From Octopus sinensis (Eukaryota): a stretch of DNA of 64,000 nucleotides. Location: assembly GCF_006345805.1 (NCBI RefSeq), contig NC_043020.1:5270001-5334000 (forward strand). The letters run 5' to 3'. This document shows positions 35,733 to 48,082 of this stretch, piece after piece; position 1 is the first letter of the stretch, and each line of letters opens with the position of its first letter. A program made the translations under genes and the position numbers. Under the pieces are notes generated by a model. That model had not been told where the DNA came from and made no database searches. It saw only the letters and a program-made list of their open reading frames with translations.

Positions 35733-38032
35733 CATACACGACGGGCTTCTTTCAGTTTCCGTCTACCAAATCCACTCACAAGGCTTTGGTTGACCCGACG
35801 CTATAGTAGAAGACACTTGCCCAAGGTGCCACGCGGTGGGAATGAAACCAAAACCATGTGGTTGGTAAACAAGCTACTTACCACACAGCCACTCCTACAC
35901 CTCCATTTCTTTTTTTGGATAAATGTTAAAAAATAAGATTAGTTAAAGAACATAGAATTTTTATCCTAAAAAAGAAATTGAGAAATGAAAATCTTCTATT
36001 CATATTAAGCAACTGTATATTTACTTTTGCCCACATCTGTATACAGATGAATAGAAAGTGGAGGAGAGGAAGAGAGAGATATGTGTTTGAATGATTCTCT
36101 ACAGTAAGACACTTGTTCCTGTCCCTCTATCATACTTTAACTCCTCATTACTTGGGACAAAGCTACCTCTCTCAATTGAGGGGTCAGGGGTACAAAGCCA
36201 CTTCCTTCAGTTGAGGGGGTCCTGTCTTGCAAGTTACTTGATCTTACTGGTGCTGGTATCATGTAAAAAAAAAACCTTTCTGGCACATTCTGTAAAGTGG
36301 TTAGCAACAGGAAGGGTGTCCAGTCATAGAAACCATGCCAGCATGGGAAATAGATGCCTCCCCCCCTATTGTCATACACATAAAGAGAAACAGACACACA
36401 CATACACAGAGGGAAGGAGAGAATTAGAGAAACGTTACAATGTCTGATGTCGAGTCTGTCAAATCAGTGGCACCAAAAAAAGGCAGAGCCGAAATGGCTC
36501 ATAAACCCCTAACACACATATGCAAGAAATACTGAATCTATCACCAATCACCCCCTGTTTTATTACATTAACCTCTTCTATGTGCTGGATACATAGTCAG
36601 CTGACACAGTGTGACAAAACTAGATCAATAACCAAACAGAGGAAACGATTGTAAAGACTGATTGATTTATTTTTCATGTTTGTAATTATGAAAAAAAAAA
36701 AAAAGGAAAGATAACTAAAACAATTGAACCAAACGTTTTTTGTTTTTAATATTTTTTTCCTTTTAATTTACTGCTCAACCAGCAGTGTTTATTTTTCATA
36801 CTAAAATTTACTATGGAGTATACCCAAGGTTTTAACAATCACTACATTTGTAAATTCATTTATATTTATTCATTATTATTATTATTATTAGTTTGTTGGT
36901 TGCTATTGATGATGACCAAGGACATCGCATGCGGGAGAAAGACGAAGTCGGAGCGTGTCCAGCTGTGGCCGGTCAGTTCAATGTGTGCATGGAAGGCTTT
37001 GTTGGAGATTGGGCGCTGCTAGTCTGTTGGGACCGAAGGCAAGTAGTTAGCTTGGGACTTGCTCTTTACTCTTTTACTTGTTTCAGTCATTTGACTGTGG
37101 GCATGCTGGAGCACTGCCATTAGTCGAGCAAATCGACCCCAGGACTTATTCTTTGTAAGCCTAGTACTTATTCTATCGGTCTCTTTTGCCGAACCGCTAA
37201 GTTACGGGAACGTAAACACACCAGCATCGGTTGTCAAGCGATGTTTGGAGGACAAACGCAGACACACAAACACACACATATATATACGACGGGCTTCCTT
37301 CAGTTTCCGTCTACCAAATCCACTCACAAGGCTTTGGTTGGCCCAAGGCTATAGTAGAAGACACTTGCCCAAGGTGCCACGCAGTGGGACTGAACCCGGG
37401 ACCATGTGGTTGGTAAGCAAGCTACTTACACACAGCCAGTCCTACACCTACTTGCATAGTTTCTTTTTTCTTTGTACCCTTGTAATTCTGTTTGTTGTAG
37501 TGAATTCTTTTATTCTCTTTCCTTGTTTCAATCATTTGACTGTGGCCATGCTGGAGCACCGCCTTTAAGGATTTTTAGTCACACAAATCGACCCCAGGTC
37601 TTATTTTTTAAGCCTAGTACCTATTCTATCAGTTACTTTTGCCAAACCACTAAGTTACAGGGACCTAAATACACCTACACTGGTTATTAAGTGGTGATGG
37701 TGGGGGATAAACACAAATATATGCTGGGCTTCTCTCAGTTTATTTCTTTATTGCCCACAGGGGGTTAAACATAGAGGGGACAAACAAGGACAGACAATGA
37801 CCCCCAATAGGTTAAGGGACTTGTTAAAAATCTGTGCTGAAATGGTAACACTTTTTCAGAAATCAACAAAAATAGTTACACTAAAAATATTTAAAAAAAA
37901 AGGCACCACAATGATATTTTGGTTAAATTTTTATTTTACATTCAAATTCCATAAAAATTTTCCTTTTAATTTCAACAGGCTAAAACCATTTACATCTCTC
38001 TCTAAATATGTATGTATATATATATATACATA

Positions 38033-38240
38033 CAGGGTGTCCCAGAAGTCGTGCACCATTCTGGTTTACATTAAAATTCCCGCAATTTATTTTACTTTTA
38101 TAACTGATGCACTTTTTATTGCAGAAGCTGCTCAATTTGAGCATTTGTTACGATTATTTTCAGTAAAGTATTTTTAAAATCAATAAGGGTGTATTTTTTT
38201 TAAAAAAACCAGGGTGGTGCATGACTTCTGAGACACCCTG
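38033..38240. mobile_element. Tc1/mariner-type MITE
   Basis: TA|CAGGGTGTCCCAGAAGTCGTGCACC ... GGTGCATGACTTCTGAGACACCCTG|TA. Confidence 0.85.
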
Positions 38241-38423
38241 TATAATATTTGCAATCTACATAATATATACATTATATATAGCTTGTTTACAATAATATAC
38301 ACAGTATTTATAATTTACATAAGTTTAAACAGATATAATGTATACATTTTATATATAATTTATATGTTCACAGTGTATATAATATTGATAAATACACATG
38401 TTTAAGTGTATATAATATATACA

Positions 38424-38806
38424 TACTCTTTTACTTGCTTCAGTCATTTGACTGCGGCCATGCTGGAGCACTGCCTTTAGTCGAGCAAATCGACCCCGGG
38501 ACTTATTCTTTGTAAGCCCAGTACTTATTCTATCGGTCTCTTTTGCCGAACCGCTAAGTGACGGGGACGTAAACACACCAGCATCGGTTGTCAAGCGATG
38601 CTAGGGGGACAAACACAGACACAAACATACACATATATATATACGACGGGCTTCTTTCAGTTTCCGTCTACCAAATCCACTCACAAGGCATTGGTCGGCC
38701 CGAAGCTATAGTAGAAGACACTTGCCCAAGGTGCCAGACAGTGGGACTGAACCCGGAACCATGTGGTTGGTAAGCAAGCTACTTACCACACAGCCACTCC
38801 TGTGCC
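38424..38806 (-). mobile_element. SINE family B (tRNA-like head, internal microsatellite), representative full copy
   Basis: Minus strand GGCTGTGTGGTAAGTAGC..GGTTCAGTCCC..CCTTGGGCAAGTGTCTTC..(TA/TG)n..GACTGAAGCAAGTAAAAGAGTA. Many other copies, e.g. near 14880, 16322, 21290, 33290, 35470, 37070, 49740, 59660 and 62035. Confidence 0.9.
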
Positions 38807-39124
38807 TATAAGTATATATAATTTATGAAGATTTTTATCATGTCAATATGGAAATTAAATTTATCACATGACTGCTTTGTGATGATGTTGGCGGAATTGT
38901 TAGCGCCTCAGACAATATGCCTTGTGATATTTATGGCCTTTTATATTGAGTCCAAATCCCTCACAGGTTGACTGCCTCTTTCATTCCTCCAGGGGTCTAC
39001 CAACCACACCCTGAGGATGGCAGAATTTACCGTCTCCTATACCCCGCCTCCAATCAAAATTCCTTGCCTTGTATCATACACAAAGCAAATTATTATATAT
39101 ATATATAATATATATATATATATA

Positions 39125-39188
39125 TAGCTCAGTGGTAGAGCATCTGCTTTGCATGTGAAAGGCCTCAGGTGCAATCCCTGGCATCTCC
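39125..39188 (+). pseudogene. tRNA-Ala(TGC)-like pseudogene lacking the 5' acceptor strand
   Basis: TAGCTCAGTGGTAGAGCATCTGCTTTGCATGTGAAAGGCCTCAGGTGCAATCCCTGGCATCTCC; 5' end replaced by (TA)n, weak anticodon stem, altered T-loop. Confidence 0.6.
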
Positions 39189-39644
39189 GGCCACAGAACT
39201 TTACTGCGTGTTTAAGAAGTTCACTTTGTAACCGCATGGACCTTAAGTTCAATCCCTTTGCACAGCACTTTGGGCCAGTGTCTTCTACAATTATATATAT
39301 ATATATATATATATAAATAACTTATAAAATAAGGGCAAAAGAAAAATTCTAATGCCAAATATGCCGAAAATAGACAAATTGTCAATAACCATTATAATTT
39401 ATGCGTCTCAAAACAAGCCGATAGAAATTTTTTTGTTTTTTTAGAAATTTCTATTGGCTTGTTTCAAGACACATAAATTATAATGGTTATAGACAATTTG
39501 TCTTTCTTCGGCATATTTCGCATTAGAATTTTTCTTTTGCCCTTATAAAATAAGTTATTTATAAATTTGACCTTTAAAGGTATTTTTTGATATGCTGGCC
39601 ATTGATAAAATTTCTTTGCGAAAAATTTTATCCTACATTAGTTG

Positions 39645-39676
<32 letters not shown>

Positions 39677-42550
39677 TACATACACAATACACCTTTTTGG
39701 TTTTCTTCCACCCAAGGCTTTAGTGAGCCTGGGACTATTGTAGAAGACACTTGCCTGAGGTGCTGTACTGTGGGACTGAACCTGAAACCACATGGTTGAA
39801 AAGTGAACTTAACACAATTACGCCTGTGTGCGTGCATGTTCATATTCTCTTGTCTTGGCATCGCATGCTAATTGCAAAGGAATATGTCATTCCAGCACTG
39901 TCGCTCGTTTGCAATCTTTTAATGACAGCATATTTTGAAATTGTACTGCTTGCATTTGAAAGCCTTGGGAGAAATATTACCTTCCCTGCAAACAGGTGGG
40001 ATTTGACAACAGCAGGAATATCCAAGCATAGAAAAATCTCTTAGATTTCGTCTGACCCATGCCAGCGTGAAAATGTCGATGTTAAACCTTCAGCATTCAG
40101 ATTACTGTCAAATGCAATAATTGTTTATTTTTTAGAATGACATTGCAGGGTAGGTGTGAGAAGCCAGGTCTGGCCAATTTGAACATGAAACAGGTAAAAA
40201 TATTTGGGCCTTACAGATGGCAAAGATATAGGAACGCTGAACCTTGTACTATTGTTTTTATCTCGGTAAACTTAAGGCAGTGAGCTGCCAGGGTCATTTG
40301 TTGAGTCAGACAAAATGCTTAGAAACATTTCTTCTTGCTCTTTGTGTTCTGAACTCGGGTTCCTCTGAGGTCAATTTTGCCTTCATCATTTTGGAGTCAA
40401 AAAAATATATATTTCTTTACTACCCACAAGGGGCTAAACAAGGACATACAAAGGGATTAAGTCGATTACATCGACCCCAGTGCGAAACTGGTACTTTATT
40501 TATCGATCCCGAAAGGATGAAAGGCAAAGTCTACCTTGGCAGAATTTGAACTCAGAACGTAACGGCAGATGAAATACCGCTAAGCATTTCGCCCGGCGCT
40601 CTAACATTTCTGCCAGCTCGCCGCCAAAAAAATATAGAATAAGTAACTTGCCTCTTTTAACATTCAGATTTCTCTGTTAAATGTAACGCTTATTTAATCA
40701 CTTTATTTTGAATTGTGCATTTTCTCATAGCTTCAAGATTTCAATGGTGTGATTGTTTATTTTTAGAAGGACCATTGTAGGGGGCCAGACCTGGTTTAAT
40801 CCTTTAAGATTCATATTATTCTGTCAAATGTAATGCTTATTTATTCACACTGTTCTGAATTAATTATGCATTATCTCATAGCTTTGAGATTTCAATAATG
40901 TGATTGTCTATTTTTAGAATGGCATTGTAGGATAGGTGTGAGAGGCTTGGTTTAACAGGTTTAACAAGTTTAAACATGGGTCCAGACTTGGCTGGTTTAA
41001 TTCTTTAATATACAACACTCTCGGAGTGGTTGGCATTAGGAAGGGCATCCAGGTGTAGAAACTCTGCCAGATCAGACTGGAGCCTGGTGCAGCCATCTGG
41101 TTCGCCAGACCTCAGTCAAATCGTCCAACCCATGCCAGCATGGAAAGCGGATGTTAAACGATGATGATGATTCATATTACTCTGTCGAATATTCTCATTC
41201 ATTCGCAGTTTTAAATTAATCATACATCATCTTATAGCTTCGAGATTTTGATGATGTAATTCTTGACTTTTAGAATGGTATCATTGGTGTGACCTTAGAG
41301 CAGGTAGAATATTTTTTCCAAATGTGGCCGGTTTATGCCAAAGGGTTAAGATGACGACGAAAAGATCCTATTGCCGGTCAGCCCACCCCTCTAACCAAAA
41401 AAAGAAAAATGAAACACTCATGGAGTGGTTGGCGTTAGGAAGGGCATCTAGCTGTAGAAACACTGCCAGATCAGACTGGAGCCTGGTGCAGCCTCCTGGC
41501 TTCTCAGACCTCAGTCGAACCATCCAACCCATGCTAGCATGGAAAGCGGACGTTAAGCGATGATGATGATGATGATACCTGTACAGAAGGCTACAAATAT
41601 TAAGGAAAAGTAGTATGGTCAATTAGAGCAACCTATATTACCATTCCTGCTCCTTATTTTATCAGCCATTCCTACACACAGACACATGCCAAGGGTTAAA
41701 AGGAAATTGGTCTCAGGCAAGATCCAAACAAAGCAATTAGTTTGTGACTAATTATTTTGCCAGTGATGATGATGATGATGTGAAATAAATGAAATTTTGT
41801 ACAGAATGAAATAAATAATGACTCAAAACTACAACTTTATGGTACAATGAAAGCTTTTGGTGAGGTCGCTTTTGTTAATTTTGGTTTCCATAGCAACCAG
41901 GTGAGTGTTTTTTGGTCCTCGCTGTTTTTCCTCAGGTGTTAATTCAGATTGTTACCTGGATAAAATATGAAGAAAATAAAACAGATTCAGTGAGAGGATA
42001 TTTTTTTTTTTTTTACTTGATTCAGTCATTAGACTATGGCCATGGTGGAGCACCACCTCGAGGAATTTGAATTGACCCCAGTGCTTTTAAGTCTGGTATT
42101 TTTTCTATTGGTCTCTTTTGCTGAACCACAAAGTTATGGGGGATATAAACACACAAACACAGGTTGTCAAGCAGTGGCAAGGGACAAACACACATGATGG
42201 ACTCTACCCTCAAAGACAATGTATGGGTGTCCAGCTTTTGCCCCAAAACCTGCACAAATTTGTTTATAGTGAACAAATGTACATGTTGTATATTAGCTCG
42301 ATCACTCTCCATCAAATTGACATTGTCTGAACAGGTGCACTATGTGCCACACATCAGGTGTTGAAGTGATCAGAGAGCAGGGTAAGATGAAGTACTTTGC
42401 TCAAGAACATAATGATCGCCAGATCGTGAGGCCAACACCCCAACCACAAGGCCATGTACCTTCTCGCTCTCTCAATTATATGTGTGTGTGTATGTATATA
42501 TATGTGTGTATATGTGTGTATGTATGTATATGTGTGTGTGTGTATGTATG

Positions 42551-42611
<61 letters not shown>

Positions 42612-43849
42612 CTGTATGTATATATATAATTGTGAAGTTATTCACTCATGAATATCATCACACACAACATGGACAAAATTTCTTAAGAAAAAATACATAT
42701 TCAAATAAGTAAAACATAACATCATGAATAGCGATAGCGAAACCTGTCGATATATTAAAAATTATTAAAACTATGTAAAGAGTGCATATTTTCCTTTTTT
42801 AATTTCTTATATACATTACGTGGGGATAATCGAAATTCCTCCCTTTCTGTTACTACTATATATATATATATATTTATATATATGTAAAAAAAATACAAAC
42901 TGGGACAAGAACGCAAAACATTTAGAAGACGATACAAAAAACACGGACGGGACATTCGAAGCCTTATATATACACACACACACATGGCTTAGTGGTTTGG
43001 GTGTTGCACTCATGATTGCAAGATCGTGAGTTCGATTCCCAAACTGGTCATTGCGTTGTGTTCATGAGCAAAGCACTTCATTTCATGTTGGTCTGTGATC
43101 ATTTCGACATCTGACATGGGGCACCTGTTGCCTCTGTACAAGTAATGTCGATCTGATGGAGGGAGTGAGCTGATGTCTACACAAACATTTGATCACTATA
43201 AACAAATCATCTGTGTGGTTGTTTGGCAAGAAATTGTCAAACCCTCATATGTCATCTAATAACAGGAGAGTCCATTATTATTATATATATATATATATAC
43301 ATACACACGTGATGCATGGGTAGGCGCAGGCATGGCTGTGTGGTTAGGGAGCTTGCTTCCTAGCTACATGGTTTTGGGTTCAGTCCCACTGCGAGGCACT
43401 TTGGGTAGGTGTCTTCAACTATAGCCCCGGGCCGACCGAAGCTTTTGTGATTGAATTCGGTAGGCGGAAGTTACTGCCGTGTGTGTAGGTGTTCATGTAG
43501 GTGTTTATGCCTCTCCGAAAGAGAGAGAGAGGGATGGGCTTTTTTCAGTTTCCATCTACCAAATCCACTCAGAAGATGGTCAGCCCTGGGCTATATAGTA
43601 GAAGACACTTGCCCAAGATGCCACACAGTGGGACTGAACCCGGAACCATGTGGTTGTGAAGCAGGCTTCTTACCATACAGCCACCCTTATTTTCAACAAG
43701 ATTCAGCATAAACATTTGACAAACGGAAGATAAACATAGAAACATTATTTGTTCAACTTACCCCGAATGCAACCAATTAATTCATTAAATATTGTCATTT
43801 TTCTACAATTATTGAGTATCTGTGACTTAAAAATTGGTGATTTGTCTGT

Positions 43850-43942
43850 TTAGCTGCTTCCATACTCTAAGTTAGAAAGTGTTTCACTGGAAACCAAGCT
43901 TAGGTCTGGTTCTTCTAAAATTCCATCGGGAGATTGTTGCAT
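43850..43942 (-). CDS. CEP295: CEP295-like probable last coding exon
   Basis: Strong acceptor (TTTTCTGCTTTTCTTCAG), phase 0, MQQSPDGILEEPDLSLVSSETLSNLEYGSS*; GILEEPDLSL resembles the recalled CEP295 GIMEEPELTL motif. Alternative donor at 43866. Confidence 0.75.
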   Translation of the reverse strand: MQQSPDGILEEPDLSLVSSETLSNLEYGSS

Positions 43943-44328
43943 CTGAAGAAAAGCAGAAAATTAAGTTAAATTAAAACAAAGAAAAAAAAAAAAACAACTG
44001 CAATGATGGCAAAACAAAAATACGATGATTTATGCTCTTAACCCGTAGATTAATGATAACTAAATTATTTTACTAAATCCTTTGTTATATTTAAAATTAA
44101 TTGAAAGAAACACAGAGCATCTCAAAATAAATACGGTAATGAAAGGGTTAATGATGATAAAGTTATTGTGACTAAAATCTTCATTGTTTTCACAATTAAT
44201 TGAAATTAAGGCAGTATATTTCAACAGAAATACGGTAAAAGGGTTAATATATATATATATAATATTTTCAAATGAAGAAAGTTTTAAACTTATGGAAAAT
44301 TTCAATTGAAGAAGAAATATATATTTAC

Positions 44329-47300
44329 CTGATCAAATATGGAATCAAATCTTTTCAAGGAAATTTCATGCCTCTGAATAATTTCTGCAACATCATTGGG
44401 GTCTAGTTGTTCAATAGGGGCAGTTTCATCGACACCTTGCAGTTCAGTAGCAGTTGGTGCAATGGGACCCTGTTGGTCAACAGCAGTTGTTACGTTGGTC
44501 CCTTGTTGCTCAAGAGCTGTTGGTACATTGACTCCTTGCAATTCGGTAGCTCCTGCTATATTGGGGCCCTGTTGTTCAAAAGCCGTTGCTATATTGGGGC
44601 TCTGTTGTTCAAAAGCCGTTGCTATATTGGGGCCCTGTTCAAAAACTGTTGCTATATTAAGGCCCTGTTCAAAAGCTGTTGGTGCATTGACTCTTTGCAT
44701 TCCTGTTGTAGTGAGCCTCTGCTGTTCAAAAGCTTTTGCCACATTGGGACCCTGTTGTTCAAAAGCCATTGCTATATTGGGGCCCTGTTGTTCAAAAGCT
44801 GAAGCTATATTGGGGCCCTGTTGATCAAAAGCTGTTGGCATATTGACTCTTTGCAATTCAGTAGCTCCTGCTGTAGAAAGCCTCTGCTGTTCAAAAGCTG
44901 TTGCTCTATTGGGCTCCTGTTGTTCTAAAGCTGTTGGCTCCTTACACACATCTTGACTAGTCTGGGAGTTTGATGCATTTTGCATTTTCTCGTTTTCTTT
45001 GAAGCGCTTCATAAACGTCCTTGCCTGATCTAACAGGACTTGATAGTCTTGTTTGATGTTGCTGGGGAGAGATAAATCACTCAGACCACTAAGAGTACTG
45101 GAACTGGTCAAAGTGGTGACCGCTTGTCCTGATGATGAGTTATTTTCACCTGAGAGGGACGAGTTATTCACATTAGACTGTTGTGTCAGGGCCGTCATCG
45201 TTGTTGATGATGTTGACATCGGTTGAAGTGAGGACGAAGAATTGGTAACGTTGAGAGTTACAGGGTCAGGCAAGGTTTGATGGTAAGGGTTCTCCTTTTT
45301 GCAGGTTGACTGTAAGACTACCTGTTGGAAGTGTAACGGAGGAGAGGAATATCTGTCTGGTGTGTCGTCAGTACTTTCACTGTGGATAGAACTGAGAATT
45401 GGAGAAATACTGAGGGGCAGGCTTTCGTGTTTGAAAAGGGGTGAGCCGTTTGGCGTTGCTATAGAAATGTCCTCCTGTATCAGAGAGAACCAGGCTCCCT
45501 CGTTAGCATCATCTGCCTCGGGCCCATCTCCCCACAATGTCTTTTCCTCCTGCGTGATAACATCAGCACCGTTTGATAAGGGGTTGAAGAAGATTTTGGC
45601 TTCACACATCGCAGGTCCTTTAGAAGGGTTTGGTGCAATGCAGTTAGAATTGGTGGAAAGATCTTCTTGAGAAGAGGAGGGGGAAGGAGAGGAAGAATAT
45701 GAATACTGAGTCAGAGATGAGGCAGATGAGGATGAATGACAGTCGGCAGATTTTGTGTTTTCGGGTGGCATCATAGCACTGGATGCTGTTTTGGATGAAG
45801 GAATCTCTGACCAAATTTGTGCCGAGTTTGCAAAAGATGTAGATTTCATTGCATCAGTTTTGTCTGATTTCCCTATTGTTGCTGTTGTTGTCGATGATGA
45901 TGATGATGGCGAAGATGCCGAGTGACCAAAAGGCATCTTCTTGGAGGAAACCTTCCTCATCACAACGGTACATTGGGATCGACTCGTCGAGTCTGAGACA
46001 CTGGACTCTTCCAAACCTTGGTCTTTAACAGCACCATTCGGCAACAGGTGTGATGCACCGGGCGACCTCTGGGAGACGACTTGATTGGATGAGGGTGGTG
46101 GTGGTGAGGAGGGGGAGAGAGACTGTGACCGATTGCAAGGATTAGAATAGAACATGGAATCACTTGGAACCGAGATAGACGTTGACTGTTGTTGTTGTTG
46201 CTGATCTTTAGAATTTTGTAGGTTGATCTCTTTGAATGATTTGTCTGAAAGACACAAATTTTGGTCTGTCGCCAATAGCCGGTGGTCATCATTTTGGTCC
46301 GTTGCTAATAGCTGGTGGTCATCTGTGTCTATTTCATCAAGGCTGGACGATGAACTGTAGGAATATTGGGAAATGGTGGGAGACAATAATTCTGGTGGTT
46401 CTGGGGCACATATTTGATTGGTTCCTGCCATGTTGCTTTGGTCACTACAGCTGTGCAATGTGGTGTGAGAAAAGGGCAGAGAGGACAGTGTGGACGTGTT
46501 TGTTTGAGGTGGACTGTAGTGCGGGGTCGGGGAGTTTCGATAAGCTGGTTCCTGAGGAGAGAGAGCTTGAGCAGCTCTGAGTTTTTCAAGAGAAGGGAAA
46601 GTGTTCTGGGAAGAGGAGTCGTCAAACTGAGACGCTGTTTTGGGAGGCAGGTCTTGATTAGCAGTAAGGGAAGAAGAGTCGGGCAGTTTGGTTACGTGAG
46701 TCAAACTGGAGATGGGTGAAGAAGCACGGAAAGGGTCACTGATAAACAAGCGGTCTTTGAATTTAGAAAGGAGAGGAGCAATAATTTCTGCAAGGTCAAA
46801 AGAATTTTCTGGAACAGAAACACTTGTAGTGGAAGTTTCAAGAACAGGAATAGAATCAATGTTTGATACGGAATCTTGCCTAGTTATGTTATTAACAATG
46901 GCAGAATCAAAAGTGGTATTGTTACCGTTTGTTGCAGCAATGCTGAGATTTTTATCAGAGCAATGGAAGAGAGCAAACTTGGATATTTCTGATTGGTCCA
47001 CACGGGTCCTATCAGCTTCAGGAATTGTTGCAGAGTCTGTTGTAGAAACTGTGGCATTGGCAACAGAAAGCACCGAGTTATAGAATGGTTTATCGGTAAC
47101 AGAAGCTGTGCCATCTTCTGCAAAGTTTTGCGTGGCATCAGATTTGGTTGTCGCAGTTCTTAAGGAATTCATTGAAACTGCCCGATTCTTCAGAGCTAAA
47201 AGACGCAACTGGGACAAAAATGCCGACAAGTCTCTGTGGTTGTCCATGAGTTCTCTGGACAAGGAACCGCCTTCAGATAGAATTTCTGATAACGAACTTT

Positions 47301-47687
47301 CAGAAGTAGCAGCTGTCAGGTGTGATGAAGGTAACACCGTCGAAGAATCAGGTGGTAAAACCGACGGCAATTTTATTTCATCGGAACTGGTCTCTGATGA
47401 TTTGGGATCACACTGCAGGGGACCAAAATTTTCTTCAGGGTTTGCAGTTTTCATTGATGTTGGGCTCAACCCCTTGCTGCCTCCGTGATTCACGTCACAC
47501 ACGTCTTCAGAACTCCAGTGAAATTTTGACCGTTCAAGAATTTCTCTCCAGATTCTATCTACTGAGTAGTTTCCATTTCTACCTGAATCTTCTTCTTCTG
47601 CTTTCCCTGATACTGAAACACTGGTATCTTGCCATAAACTAAAAGATTTAGGGCTCAAAGGGCCACTTCTTGAAGAAGCATTGGGAT
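44329..47687 (-). CDS. CEP295: CEP295-like giant exon (3,359 nt; Ser/Thr-rich, with coiled-coil and coding repeat)
   Basis: Internal part of the 1138-aa ORF; TTTTAG|ATCCC acceptor (phase 1) and CAG|GTAAAT donor (phase 0). Confidence 0.85.
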
Positions 47688-48043
47688 CTAAAAGAAAGCA
47701 AACAAATAAAATATTCAAATATTTTTAATACAAAACACGTGTTTTTGTTTATTTCTAGCTTCATCTTTGATTTATTTACTTGTTTCAGGCATTAGGCTGT
47801 GGCCATGCTGGAGCACCGCTTTGAAGAACTTTTAGTTGGATGAATTGACCCTGGCACTTATTTTTTTCTAAAGCCTAGTACTTATTCTATCGGCCTCTTT
47901 TGCTGAACAGCTAAGTTATGAGGTACATAAACACACCAACATCATTGTGAGAAACAAACACAGACATTAAAGCGAGAGGGACACACAGTGGGACTGAACC
48001 CAGAACCATGTGGTTAGGAAATAAGCTTCTTATCACACTGGTG

Positions 48044-48082
<39 letters not shown>

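Noticed and set aside
36973-37023. Candidate CEP295 terminal exon TSSAQSPTKPSMHTLN* with branch point and downstream AATAAA
   Set aside because: Acceptor is plausible but the peptide is unconserved, and the 43942 exon with a conserved motif fits better. Left uncalled.
44396-47642. Plus-strand ORFs overlapping the giant exon (e.g. CCSKAVAILGP repeats)
   Set aside because: Antisense shadows of a real coding exon and its repeat.
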